From the NCBI GenBank assembly GCA_976551045.1, contig CDPCPM010000033.1, positions 27,528,001 to 27,592,000 on the forward strand: a DNA stretch of 64,000 nt. Reading direction: 5' to 3'. Position numbers and translations under genes: made by a program. Source of the stretch: Glaucostegus cemiculus. Taxonomy: Eukaryota. Under the pieces are notes generated by a model, which was not told the origin of the DNA, ran no database searches, and worked only from the letters and a program-made list of their open reading frames with translations. Shown here one piece after another: positions 1 to 12,288 of this stretch (position 1 is its first letter; each line of letters begins with the position of its first letter).

Positions 1-223
1 TGCGGAAGTTGCCTTGATCTTGCAGAGCACAATTTCTAACCTTTAGGCGATGAGTATCACCATCAATGCTAATTTCATACTTGCTGTTTGATTCCAATTT
101 TTCAGTCCCTTTATACCAGGAAAGCTTGATTTCAGGATAGTTTATCTTTATGGCACATTCAAATACTGCATCTGCATTTGTTCGTACAACTTGATCTTCA
201 ATATCTTTGATTAATTCAATGGG
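1..223 (-). CDS. ttn: titin N2A Ig I81 exon (cut by window edge)
   Basis: tgcag|PIELIKDIEDQVVRTNADAVFECAIKINYPEIKLSWYKGTEKLE, matches human I81 (KINYPEIKLSWYKGTEKLE). Confidence 0.95.
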
Positions 224-333
224 CTGCAGTGAAAATAAATATTTTTATAAATATTTATTTCAAAAAATACCCAAGGGAGTACCACAGAATATCATTTGAG
301 GTAGCTATTGCATTATAAAGATGGAAAACTTAC

Positions 334-420
334 CTCAACTTTTTCTATTCTTTGCTGGATATATTGAATTAGTTCATTAAACTCCTCTTCTTCAGGACCT
401 CGCCCCTGCTCTTCTATCTC
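334..420 (-). CDS. ttn: titin UN2A exon 2
   Basis: 87 nt, phase 0-0, EIEEQGRGPEEEEFNELIQYIQQRIEKVE|gtaagt. Confidence 0.93.
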
Positions 421-533
421 CTTAATAAAGCACCAATGAAAAGTAATGACTCAAGAGCATGGATGTAAGGCATCTATTCTGCATAAAAAAATATAATATG
501 AACTATGGTAGAAATAAACATAATGTTACGCAC

Positions 534-717
534 AACTCTGTGAGTTTCATCTCCTTTGCTGGCCTTCAGTTGCTCAATAGCTTGTAGGAGACCGCGGAAA
601 TCTGTAATTCCATACATACGTGCATATTTTTCATATTCCTTAGGATCAACATTCCTTAAAAGTTCTACAATATCAATGTCCTTTTCTGCTTCTTCTTCCT
701 TTTTCTTGGATGGTGTT
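534..717 (-). CDS. ttn: titin UN2A exon 1 (MARP/CARP-binding region)
   Basis: DIDIVELLRNVDPKEYEKYARMYGITDFRGLLQA is the hallmark UN2A sequence; 184 nt, phase 2-0. Confidence 0.97.
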
Positions 718-969
718 CTTTTAAAATAAATGGTAAAATTAATTCATTATTAATGCGTTTTTAAGAAGTACATCAAAAATAGATGACTCAATCTAACAAT
801 ACTAAAATCTGTATATCAAATTCATCATTGAATTTTATCCATCCCATTAATTAGAACAAATCATCATACATGAAGATGCCAAACTGAAGAGAAAGAGAGA
901 TTTGGTTATATTATGCAAATAAATCAAGTAAATCAACTTTGTTAGCGATTCCCAAATCATAATACTTAC

Positions 970-1252
970 TTCTTCAATTTTGCTCTAAAGTCTGTTTCAA
1001 CAATGATTTCTTTTTTCTCCTCAATTTCTAAGTTGGCACTGCTTTCAATTTCACCAAATTTATTAGATGCAACACATCTGTAATGTCCAGTGTCAGTTTT
1101 TACAACATCTTTGATTTCTAGTTTAGCTTCTTGTCCCTTTTGTTGTATAATAATTCGGCCACCATGGTTCATTTGCCTCCATTTGCCTTTCATCCATTTG
1201 ACATTTGGAATTGGATCACCACCAACCTTTGCAATAAATGTTGCTATATCCT
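970..1252 (-). CDS. ttn: titin N2A Ig I80 main exon
   Basis: ATFIAKVGGDPIPNVKWMKGKWRQMNHGGR...LKK; cag acceptor, gtaagt donor. Confidence 0.97.
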
Positions 1253-1344
1253 CTGAAATGTAAAATGGCTTCTTTAAATATTACATCTTACAGAAATATT
1301 TCATTTTAGCAAACATACTCAGAAAAAAAATCAACTGCACTTAC

Positions 1345-1434
1345 TTTCTATTACTTTCAAGTTCTTTGGTTTCTCAATGAAGAAGACCTTGTCAGATTGT
1401 GGTGGAGAAACCACTTTCTTTGCTGCTGCTTTTT
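1345..1434 (-). CDS. ttn: titin first N2A exon (linker plus start of I80)
   Basis: 90 nt, phase 1-1, EKAAAKKVVSPPQSDKVFFIEKPKNLKVIE; absent from the ORF track. Confidence 0.9.
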
Positions 1435-2694
1435 CTAAATCAGAACAAATTAAAAGAAATTAATAGGTTTAATTCTAGTAACTGCACAATTTCTCAAAAG
1501 AATGTGTGCTCTGTACGTAAAAATATAGTAATTATTTTTTTATCTAAACAAAAACAACAAAGGTTTTCAGGGCACATTTATGCCATCACTTTGACCTTGT
1601 CACAAAATAATCTGACCTGCATCTAGAGAGGAAGAGCAAGAGTCCATTCTCTAGAGAGTCTCCTTCTTAGAGTTGTGGTCAGGTCAATTCCTCAGTTTAA
1701 ATATAGGTTGTATGAAATTTTGTGTGACACCAACATTACAAAAATTAACATTTGCATATGGAACCTTATCTAATCACTTATGGCTCAATTCATTTCTTTC
1801 TTAGTTTAAATACTGAACTTCAATTCAATAGTAGGGGTGGGGTAATATTTGTAAGGTATTTGGTGAATAAATTTGAGATAGTCTTATGAGTTCCTTTAAT
1901 GTGCAAGTTGTGAGGAATTTGACTTTGTATTTCATCTCATTTCTCTTCAGTTAATGGTCTGCCTTAACTACTTTCACAGCTTGTCGTTCCTATTTTTCCC
2001 CATTCATGTGCAGATAAAAGAGATATACAATTTTGTGCTATTACTTCTCTGCAGCAGTTTTGAATACATGTGGCATCATCGCACCATTGAGAAAAATTCA
2101 GATGTGAAGACTTTGGATCAGTTCAATGAAAAATAGTGTGATTTTTTCAAAATTATGATATAATTTTATGTTGAAAATATAGTCTAGCCTGTTGATGTCC
2201 TTTTGCCAGGTTTTGAATCTACTGATGAGAATAGTAGGATTTTGTCAGCAGTTTATCGTACATACACATACATACATTATATATTAGCCACTTCTGCCAG
2301 GATTAAAACAAGATACTACTTCTATAATATATTGCAAATAACGATCTCAACTTTAGTCTGAAACAAGCTCTGTGGTGAGGATATTGTTGGATGGTGGTGG
2401 CAAAGATCAATTCTGGGGATTCTGAGGTCTGGAAATCCAGAGAAGTGGGTTTCCTTAATATCCTGCAAAATGAAATTGTCAAGTTATAGTCAACATGGAG
2501 CCAGAATGACAGGATAGAGACCTTCAAAGTAGGAAATTCATGAGAATAAGTGAATGTATGGAAATGTGAGAGGTTGTTGGGATGGAATTGGGGTGGGGGT
2601 TCTTTTCTGGTTTCTTTATAATACTCAAGGGCTCTGTTTTATTTTAATTTCCTAAGCCTTACATACACTTCAATTTCCTTTCAACTAAATTCAC

Positions 2695-3560
2695 CATCCC
2701 TCTTATTATCCAAGATTCCCTTACCTTGCCTTAATTGTCCTTCCTTCTTACTGGAACATACCTGCTCAGAAGTCTGTGCAGTTGGTCTTTCAACACCCTC
2801 CAAAAAACTGCTGTGCCCAGTTAACTCTCCCTAGTTAACTCTGCCTAATACTGTCATAATTTGCCCTGCTCTAATTTAATACTCTCCCGCAAGGATCATA
2901 CTTATCCTTATCTATAGCTATCTTAAAACTTAAGAAGTCGTGGTCACTGTTCCCTAACTGTTCTCCCACTGAAAGGTTAGTTACCTGGCCAGGCTCATTA
3001 CCCAACACCAGGCCCAGTACGGCCCCTCCTCTATATATTGATTTAAGAAACCCTCCTAGATGCACACAACAAGTTCTGCCCCATCTAAGCCTCTTGCACT
3101 AAGAAGGTCCCAGCCTATATTAGAGAAGTTGAAGTCACCCACTACAACAACCCTGTTGTTTTTACAGTTTTCCCTAATCTGTCTGCATATCTGTTCCTCA
3201 ATGTCCCAGTGGGTACTGAGAGGTCTGTAATACAATCCCATCAGAGTGATTGCACCTTTCTTATTTTTGAGTTCTACCCATAAAGACTCAGTGGCTGAGC
3301 CCTCCGTTATGTCCCCTTTGAGTGCAGCTGTGATATTGTCCCTGATTAAAAGCGCAACTCCTCCCCACCCTTTTACCTCCTTCTCTGTCTTTTCTAAAAC
3401 ATCAAAATCCTGAAACATTAAGCTTCCATCCCTGTTGCTCTCTCGACCAAGTTTCTGTTATGAGCACAACATCATAGTTCCATGTACTGATCCATGGTCT
3501 AAGTTCATCACCCTTACCCATAATACTCCTAGTATTAATATACACACACTTTAACCCATC
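2695..3560 (-). mobile_element. CR1-type LINE, decayed ORF2 endonuclease fragment
   Basis: GGVALLIR..ESLWVEL..GLYYRP..VVVGDFNF and LGNSDH APE motifs with frameshifts; boundaries approximate. Confidence 0.85.
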
Positions 3561-4935
3561 CATCCCATTATGTCTATTACCTTGCTCTTGCCTGTTGTTA
3601 TTGATGATGATATTTACCTTCCTCTCAATCCCTCCACTTTCTGAGCTAGTGCTCTGGTTCCCAGCTCCTTGCCAAGCTATTATAAACTAAAGTGACATGG
3701 ATCTACTTGTAATATTTAGTTTATTGAACTAAGCTATCCAGGGCCTTGTAAAAAATATTCAGTCACTGAGAATAAGAAACATATGTTACCAATTGGCAAT
3801 GGGTAAGAAATACCTGTTTTTAGTGCGCAATGATCTATGCATTCATAGAAATTCCCATTCAGGAAGACAATCGGGCCTTTGTGGTTGTACCAGCACAATT
3901 ACTACACATTACAATTGTATCAACTGGAAGAAAGTAGTGGGCAGAGTTGTCTCCATGTTTTTCAAATCAAAAGCATTGTACTCCTATCTCTCAACTTTTT
4001 TGTAATTTATGTGTGGTCTACATATGTGACCACCACTCATCTATACAAATAATTCAACAAGGTATATCAAAAGTGATTGCACATAAAAATGCAGTTCTTC
4101 TACTGTGGACAAATTAATAATTACTTATATATGTTCTCTCTCAAAATTAATTTTAATTAATAACATTTCATAAAATTATTTAAGTTAAGACTTGTATCAT
4201 GCTTACCGAACAAAAGCAACACATAAAAATATTTGGTACTGCAACTAAAACAACAGATATCAGTTTCAAACCAAATAACATTTTGCAGGTTTTTAAACAC
4301 AGAAGTGATGGTTTCAAGCACCCTAATGAACTTAGCTAAAATTAAATATAAATGTGTCTTCTCTCTTGCACAGAATATACAATCCATTAGTTCATAACTA
4401 AACAGTAGTGGGTGTCTAACAACAGGGAAAAAAAATGTAATTAAAAATCAGAAGTTGAAAATTGCAATAATGTTTAATTCTTTAAGAATTTCTAAGCAAA
4501 AGCAAGAGCTAAGAGCAAGAGTTCTTTCTTCATTAAGTACCACAAAACTTAACAATGGGGTCTTGATCCATGCAGTTACACTACCTGTGAAAATACCTTT
4601 AGAATCTGACTCAAAGAATGACAAGTGGTAGCTTGGCACATATGGCAGAGTCCAGATGGGTCACTTCAATTCATAAACATAACCACTGATTACTGGTTAT
4701 TTCAGCCATCCAGATCCATCTGCATGGCCAAGGAATCCTCCTTTATCTCTCAGTATGATAAACTAAAGATCATTTCTGCCTTAATACAGTAAAATTCAAG
4801 AAATTGAATGCTTACCAAAACATGATTTTAAGACCTTCTGGCATACATCATTCAGATAATAATAGCAATTTAAATCATAACTACCCCATACCCCACGACA
4901 ATAAACTGGACTTTAAACTCAACTTCAAACTTTAC

Positions 4936-5223
4936 CTTGGATTGTTAGTTTGGCTTTGCAATTGTCAGTTCCAGCCTCATTTGTGGCTTTACATAAGTAG
5001 TCACCACTATCTGTTTTTGCAGCCACTTTAATTTCTAGGGTAGCTGTGCCATCTACAAAAGTCATGTTCAATTTTTCAGATGGTTTAATTTCTTTCCTGT
5101 CTTTGAACCATTGTAGTTTAATTGGTTCAGACCCATGGACATGACAACTTAGTTGCATGGACTCTCCTTCAGTTGTTGTCATTGGTTTAAGTGGAATATC
5201 AAAGACAGGTGGCTTCTTAAGTT
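4936..5223 (-). CDS. ttn: titin Ig exon L (I79 equivalent)
   Basis: 288 nt, ELKKPPVFDIPLKPMTTTEGESMQLSCHVHGSEPIKLQW; gtaaag donor. Confidence 0.95.
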
Positions 5224-5929
5224 CTAAAACAACAATGAAATAAATGTTAATATTTAATACAGAAATTTTTCCATTATCACTTTATATAATCTCTCCCCTT
5301 TGAGTTTGTGCCCTTGTTGTTTCCAAATTAAAAGGTTTCCTCTTTCACCTAACAATATTTAGTTGAAGACTTGCTCAAAATCACTAATGGCACTTAATAA
5401 TTTGCCAGGAATATGTGCATTTTTGCCAGGCAATATGTTTATGGAAACCTTCAGCACTTTTCCACCACATAAAATTTCATCTAATGACCTATCCTCAAAA
5501 TGATGGAACTTGCCCAAGAACAAAAGGAAGTTAACATAGAATGATAGTTAACTAAGATATAAATCCTTCCCATTTTAGTTGGATTTTAATAACAAAACAG
5601 AGGCAAGCTGGATAAAGACACAAAACCCAAGAAATAAAGAACTTATTTTCTCAAAACTTGCAGCAATGTAAAAACCTTCCAAAGTTATAAATCTTTCTCG
5701 TTTCATGTGCCATTCAATAACTTGACTTCAATGGCATTACCATCTCCAAGTTCCACACAAACATCCTGGGAGGCCACCAAATGACCAGAAACTCAAGTTT
5801 GCAGAAATATAGTGATTCCAAAAGAGTGACAAGAGACTCATCTCCTGATACCACAAGGGCAAGATGGTATACTTTATTCTTTATTATTATAGCTGGAATG
5901 TAAGATTATAAAACAGAAGAAACAGATGA

Positions 5930-6505
5930 CGGCATTCTATAATCATACTGCGTGCTTACTAACAAGTTACCTTCAGTTAGCCGTATACAAAGACATCCAG
6001 GTTCCCCTGAGCACCATCACTTTTCAATCTCCGACCATTTAAACAATACTCTAAAAGTCTGACACCATTTGGGCAAAGCATCTGACTTGATGGGCACAAT
6101 ATCTGCTGTTCTAAAATACTTCAAATATCTATTCCCTCCACCAGAGCAACATATGTGTAGTGTGTTTCATCTACAAATGCACTGCAGTTACTTGCCCAGC
6201 CAACTCTGACAGCACCTCCTAAACCTTGATTTCTACCACCAAAAATACTAAAGAGAATAACACCACCCACACGATCTTGTCCAAGTCGCAGAACATTCTG
6301 ACTCTGAAATAAACTGATGTTCTTTCTTTGTGCCTTGCTATAAATTCTGGAATCTCCTCTCAATGGCATAATGGGACTAGCTTTTCCAGAAGAACTGTGG
6401 TGGTTCAAGAACATGACTCACACCACCTCCCAAGTGATACTAGTGATGAGCAATATATGCTGACCTTGCCAGCAATGCCCAAATCATGAAAAATGAATAA
6501 ATAAA
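5930..6505. mobile_element. old composite LINE remnant (inverted CR1 piece plus a LINE 3' end), copy 3
   Basis: ttttcaatctccgaccatttaaacaatact followed by ...tgaccttgccagcaatgccc..aatgaataaataaa; related copies near 9270-9810 and 14220-14735. Confidence 0.55.
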
Positions 6506-6719
6506 GAGAACTTTTTTATATTTTCTGCAGCGTTATTGATTAAAAGACAAGATTTAAACAAAATGTGTATAAGAAAAGTCAACAATAGGCAACAATTTTA
6601 GAAGTTCATTAGACATCAGAATAATATATATCAAGGCTAAAAGAAATGACTAAACAAACAATAGAAAATGCAAGTGTAAGCTACCCCAACCCTTGTAATC
6701 ATGAATATCCATCACTGAC

Positions 6720-7010
6720 CTTTGATCAGCAGAGACACATCAAGTTTTGCAGTGCCCGCTTCATTGGATGTTTCACATGTATAAACACCAGAATCAGCAA
6801 GCTGTGCTTTCTTAATGTTCAACAATATGACATTATTTTTAAATGATAACTCATAATTTTCAGTCTGCAAGATCTCTTGCTCATCTTTGAACCAGGTTAC
6901 AGATAATGGTTGTGAACCAGAAACACGAGCTTCAAGTTTTATAGATTTTCCTTCTGTATCCTGTATTGTTTCAAGAGGCTTTTTAGTAAAGCTTGGTGGA
7001 ATTTTACGAT
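6720..7010 (-). CDS. ttn: titin Ig exon K3 (I78-like)
   Basis: 291 nt, DRKIPPSFTKKPLETIQDTEG. Confidence 0.95.
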
Positions 7011-7412
7011 CTGTAACAGAAAGGAGTAGTATCATGAAAATTTAACAGATCTGACTGGCCTGAAACATGCTGACTTTTGTCAAAAGTTCCAACTGGCACT
7101 GCTGCCATTCTTCATTTGAAATGGCAGTTCACGTGGAATTCTGCAATAAAGTGGAACATTAAGATAGGGAAATTGCTTCTTAGATTGTACACAAGATCAA
7201 GTCTGGTACAGAATATGAGACCCTATAGACTTAATGGGGATTGTCATGTGGAGTACTTGGGCATCTGAGATAAAAACAGCTCCGGAGTGGGCTGGGAAGA
7301 GGAACATGTTTGAACCATCTGTGTGCTAAGGCCTTGGTCTTACAGATATTGAGTGTAAGGCCCATCTTCTTGTATGCTTTGGAACTCTGCGTCTGAGCAT
7401 GCACAAATTAAA

Positions 7413-7846
7413 GTATCTGACATCGGTGGTGGGAAAGTTATTGGAATCGATCCTCAAGGATGACGTTAAGGAATACCTAAAGGCGCAAGGCAAGATAGGT
7501 CCATGCCAGCATGGTTTCGTGAAGGGAAGATCCTGCCTGACCAACCTATTGGAGTTTTTTGAGGAAATCTCAAGTAGGGTAGATAAGGAAGAGGCTGTGG
7601 ATGTTGTGTATTTAGACTTTCAAAAGGCCTTCAACAAGGTGCCGCACAAGAGGCTGATTAATAAGATGAGAGCTCATGGAATTACAGGTAGGATATTGGA
7701 ATGGGTGGAGCATTGGCTGGTAAGCAGAAAGCAAAGGGTGGGAATAAAGGGATCCTGTTCTGGTTGACTGACATAGGTTGTTCGACACAGCTTTGTGGGC
7801 CGAAGGGCCTGAATTGTGCTGTAGGTATCTATGTTCTATGTTCTAT
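7413..7846 (+). mobile_element. CR1 LINE fragment: RT segment joined to 3' tail
   Basis: LTSVVGKLLE..QHGFVKGRSCLTNLLEFFE..VDVVYLDFQKAF, then gggccgaagggcctg...ctatgttctatgttctat tail. Confidence 0.9.
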
Positions 7847-8486
7847 TTTAGTAGGCAAATGGAAATGTGTTACTTTTTAATTTTGTGTTTGCTTTGCTTT
7901 GGTTTAATTATTTCTAAACATTTTTGTGTGTTTTAGTTAATATCTTTATTTTTGATTCATTCAAAATTAATTTTTGTCATGTTTTTAATTACTTGCATTT
8001 AAAAATAATTTCAATGAACTTCATATCCAACTTCGGAAGCTACCAGGATTTTGAATGCTATTGGAACAAAGAGAAATGGGAAAGCGAAGGAAATTGGTGT
8101 TGATATAGAAGTTTAGCCTTGTTCTTTTTGAATGGTAGCGCAGGTTATTTTGGTTAATCCTATTTTTTAGTTCTTAAATGCTAAAATTATGCTCCAAGAA
8201 ATAGCTGGTAGAGTCAGGTGCATTATTAAAACAAAAAGTTAATGACCAACGTTAAGAAAAGTCCTCTATTTTTGATGTTACTTTTCACAGATTTTTTTTA
8301 GGCAATTGCCGATAAGACATTCAGGAAAGGCAAAGTAAGAATTCGACTAGCACAACACAACAAAAAGTAACAAATAAAAGTTATTTTTAAAAGATGTAAA
8401 ATAAACATTTTTTCCATAATTAATAAAGACTAGGCTCATATACTACACCAGAAAGTAAAGATTTATAACTTTGATTGAGCAATAAC

Positions 8487-8774
8487 CTTTCACAGACACT
8501 TCAGCTTTGCAGATATCTTTTCCAATATCATTGCTGGCCTCACAAGTGTATTGACAAGCATCTCCCTTATCTGCTTTTAGAATAGTCAGCTGAGGTGTAT
8601 TTTCCACATAAGTTATCTTGTAATTGCCACCCGATCGAATCTCTTTGCCATCCTTCAGCCAAGTAACTTTAATTGGGGAAGACCCAATTAAGTGGCATTC
8701 AAGATCCACAGTTTTCCCAATTGTAACTTCCACTGGTTCTAGTTTTTTGTCAAATAGAGGAGCAACTCTAGACT
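8487..8774 (-). CDS. ttn: titin Ig exon J3
   Basis: 288 nt, ESRVAPLFDKKLEPVEVTIG. Confidence 0.95.
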
Positions 8775-8941
8775 CTGAAAACATAACAAGAATTGCATTC
8801 TTTTGTAAATGCATCAACAGCAAAGTAATAACATCTAGCAATGACTGATGAAAGAAGAAATTAAAGCACTAATGCTATAAAATTCAGGTAAATGTAAATT
8901 AAGCAAAGAAGCCAAATTAGTAAATATTTAACCCAACATAC

Positions 8942-9229
8942 CTTTGAGAGCCAGTTTTGAACTACATGAAACATCTCCTACTATGTTGGAAGCTTTGCAA
9001 GTGTATTCACCAGCATGATTCAACTCAGTTTTAAGAATTTTAAGAACTGCTACATTCTCATTGAAAGATATAATTAGGTTTTCTCCAGGAAGCAATTTTA
9101 CACCATCTTTAAACCAAGAAGTTTCAATAGGAGCTGAACCAGCAGTACAACATTCAAATGTGACCGGTAAACCAACAGTTACTTCAATATTCTCAATTTC
9201 TCTTAAGAAAGAAGGTGGTGTTTTATGCT
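8942..9229 (-). CDS. ttn: titin Ig exon I3
   Basis: 288 nt, EHKTPPSFLREIENIEVTVG. Confidence 0.95.
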
Positions 9230-9269
9230 CTGTAAAATAAAGAGTCATGAAAATAAGAAGGTCATTTGA

Positions 9270-9810
9270 ACGTCCTACTTGCTTGCCATACCCACATGTT
9301 AACTTACAGTGATTTATGCACAATGATACCAAGATCTCTCTGAACACCAACACTTTACAATCTCTCACCATTAAAGCAATACTCAGGAAGCTCAACACCA
9401 TTCTGTACAATGCAGCCAACCACTCTTAGCCACTCTAAACATCCAATGCAATCAACACCAGGGTACCATGGCTATAGTGTGCACCATCAACAAAATGCAC
9501 TTCAGTCACTTGTCTAGGCAACTCTGATAGTACCTGCTAAAACCACAAACACTACACCAATAAAGCACATGGCACCTGCAGGTTCCTCTCCAAGTCACAC
9601 AATATTCTGACTTGGAAAGATACCATTGTCATCACCACTGGGTTTAAAATCACAGAATTATCTTCCTAATGGTATTATGAACTACTTTTTCTGGAAATCT
9701 ATGGCATTTTAAGAAGGTAGCTAACTACCACCTTATCAAGGGCATTTGAGATGAGCAATAATTGTTGACCTTCCCACTGATGCTTAATCATAAGAAATGA
9801 GTAACAATAA
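9270..9810. mobile_element. old composite LINE remnant, copy 2
   Basis: ctttacaatctctcaccattaaagcaatact...ttgaccttcccactgatgc..aaatgagtaacaataa, similar to 5930-6505. Confidence 0.5.
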
Positions 9811-9924
9811 TTTCTACATATATTCTGTAGCAAGCTATTGGTTCAAAGATCCCATTTGACAAGAAGTGTTTACAACAAATAGGGATTTTAGAATGCCCAT
9901 TGGGCATTAGAATAATGAGTAACC

Positions 9925-11915
9925 AAAGAACATAAAAAAACTAGAACAGGAATAGAACATTCAGTCCCTTGCATCTGTTCCAACATTCATCAAGATCATG
10001 ACTAATCGTCTGTCTGGGTGCCATTTTCCAGCACTACCACAAGTTCCTTGACTCCATTAAAATCCAGAAATTAGCCAATTTCTGTTTTGAATGAAGAACT
10101 GAGGTTTCACACTCCTCTGGACTAGAGAATTCCGAAGGTTCATCACCATACGAATTAAGTAATTTTTCCTCATCTCAGTTAAAATGGCTTATCTCATATT
10201 CTAGGACCAAGAGTCCTGGTTCTAGTGTCCTAAAACATGGGAAACATTCTCCATTTCAAATCCTATTTTAAATTCCAGTAACATCACTTCTCATTCTTCA
10301 AAACTCTATAGAATATAGTCCCATTCTACTCAAATCTCCCTTCATATGGCAAAACCAGAATCCGTGGAATCAGTCTAGTGGACCTTTGCTACACTTCCTC
10401 TTTGGCAAGTATGTCCTTTGTTGGGTAAGGAAACCAAAAGTGTACCCAATTTTTCTGGTGCGATTTCACCAACTGCTATACAATTGCAATAAGACTTCCT
10501 TACTTCTGTAATCAAACCCTGTCGTTGCACAGGCTAACATACCATGCCCTCCTAATCATTTGCTACCTCTGCATGTTGGCTTTTAGTGATGAATACAAGC
10601 ATATCAGCTCCCTTTGAACATCAACACTACCCAATCTCTCACAATTTAACAAATATGCTGTTTTTCTGTTATGCTCACCAAAATGGTTGATCTCATACAT
10701 TTCCACATTAAATTCCATCTGCCATGTTCATGCCCACTCATTCAGCTCATTCATATCCTCGCAAAACATTCTCTTCCATGCTCACATTTCCATCTAGTTT
10801 ACTATCATCAGCACATTTTATAATGTGGTATTTGGTCCCCTAAGCCAAATTAGTGATATAGATTGTGAAAAGCATCAATCCTAGTGGTATCCTAGTTGAA
10901 GACTGCCAACCTGAGTAGGATCTGTTGATTGCCACTCCTTGTTTTCTGTCCAATAATTAATTCTCAATCCATAATATACTACCCTTGAATCCATGTGTTC
11001 TGTCCTTGTTGACCAATCTCCTTACTGAAAGCCTTTCCAAAATCTAATCCACCAGTTTTGCCCTTATCTTTCTTACTGGCTACATCCTTAAAGAAGTTCA
11101 TTAAATTATTCAAACATGATTCTCATAAATCCATGTGACTATGTTCAATCCTATTAACCTTTTCAAGGTGTTCTGTTATTAAGTGTTTCAATATAGATTG
11201 CAGCACTTTCTCTATCATCAATATCAGGATAACAGGTAGTAGTTCCCTGTTTTTCCTCTCCCTCCTTTCTTAAACAGTGGGATCACATTTACATACGTCA
11301 ATCCACAGGATTAATTCCAGAAGGCATAGAACCTTGGAAGACGACAGCCAGATCATCATCTTCTTCTAAACTCACTTCCTTCAAAACTCTCAAACGTAGA
11401 TCATCTGTCCCTTGGTATTTATCAGTTTTAAAGTTCACTAACTCCTCTAGTATCTTTTCTTGTCTAACACTGGTGCCTTCAGTTCCTCAATCTTGCTGGA
11501 CTTTCTCTTCTTTACTATATCTGGTAGGTATTGTGTATCTCCTTCCATGAAGACAGAACAAAGTAATTGTTTAATTTCTCTTTCATTACAAATTCCCATT
11601 ACAAATTCTCCTGTCTGTCTGTAAGGGGCCCACATTTGCCCTTGTTAGTTTTTTTTAACCTACTTATCAACACCCTCATAGTCCATTTGTGTGTTTCTTG
11701 ACAGTCTATTCTCACATTCCACTCTGACTTTATCAACTTCTTAGTCCACCTTTCCTGAATTCTAAAATGCTCGCAGTCTTCAGGCCTACTGAAATTTCTG
11801 ATAACCTTATAAAGCTCTTCATTTTATTTATACTATCTTTAATTTCTCTTGTCAACCATGGATGAATCACTTTTTCTTTTGGATTGTGTATCTTAAAGGA
11901 ATATACTTCTAACAA
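9925..11915 (-). mobile_element. heavily decayed CR1 LINE
   Basis: reversed tail (aacata..tagaacaggaatag..cattcagtccctt), RT remnants, HPWLTREIKDSI fragment; boundaries approximate. Confidence 0.75.
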
Positions 11916-11997
11916 CACTCTTAAAAATTACCAATAAATGTGACTGAAGGAACAAAAGAATTTGCATCCCTTGCAGTTGCGAATACCCTTCACTAAC

Positions 11998-12288
11998 CTT
12001 TGATCAGCAGAGAGACATTAAGCCTTGCAGTGCCTGCCTCATTGGATGCTTCACACGTATAAACACCAGAGTCAGCAAGCTGTGCTTTCCTAATGTTCAA
12101 TGTTATTACATTATTTTTAAATGATAACTCATAATTTTCAGTTTGCAAGATCTCTTGCTCATCTTTGAACCAGGTTACAGATAATGGTTGTGAACCAGAA
12201 ACACGAGCTTCAAGTTTTATAGATTTTCCTTCTGTATCCTGTATTGTTTCAAGAGGCTTTTTAGTAAAGCTTGGTGGAATTATATAAT
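11998..12288 (-). CDS. ttn: titin Ig exon K2
   Basis: 291 nt, DYIIPPSFTKKPLETIQDTEG. Confidence 0.95.

Noticed and set aside
7399-7767. RT fragment next to near-identical exons as a diversity-generating or retron-like system
   Set aside because: It is a truncated CR1 LINE piece lacking the catalytic RT motif; proximity is coincidental.
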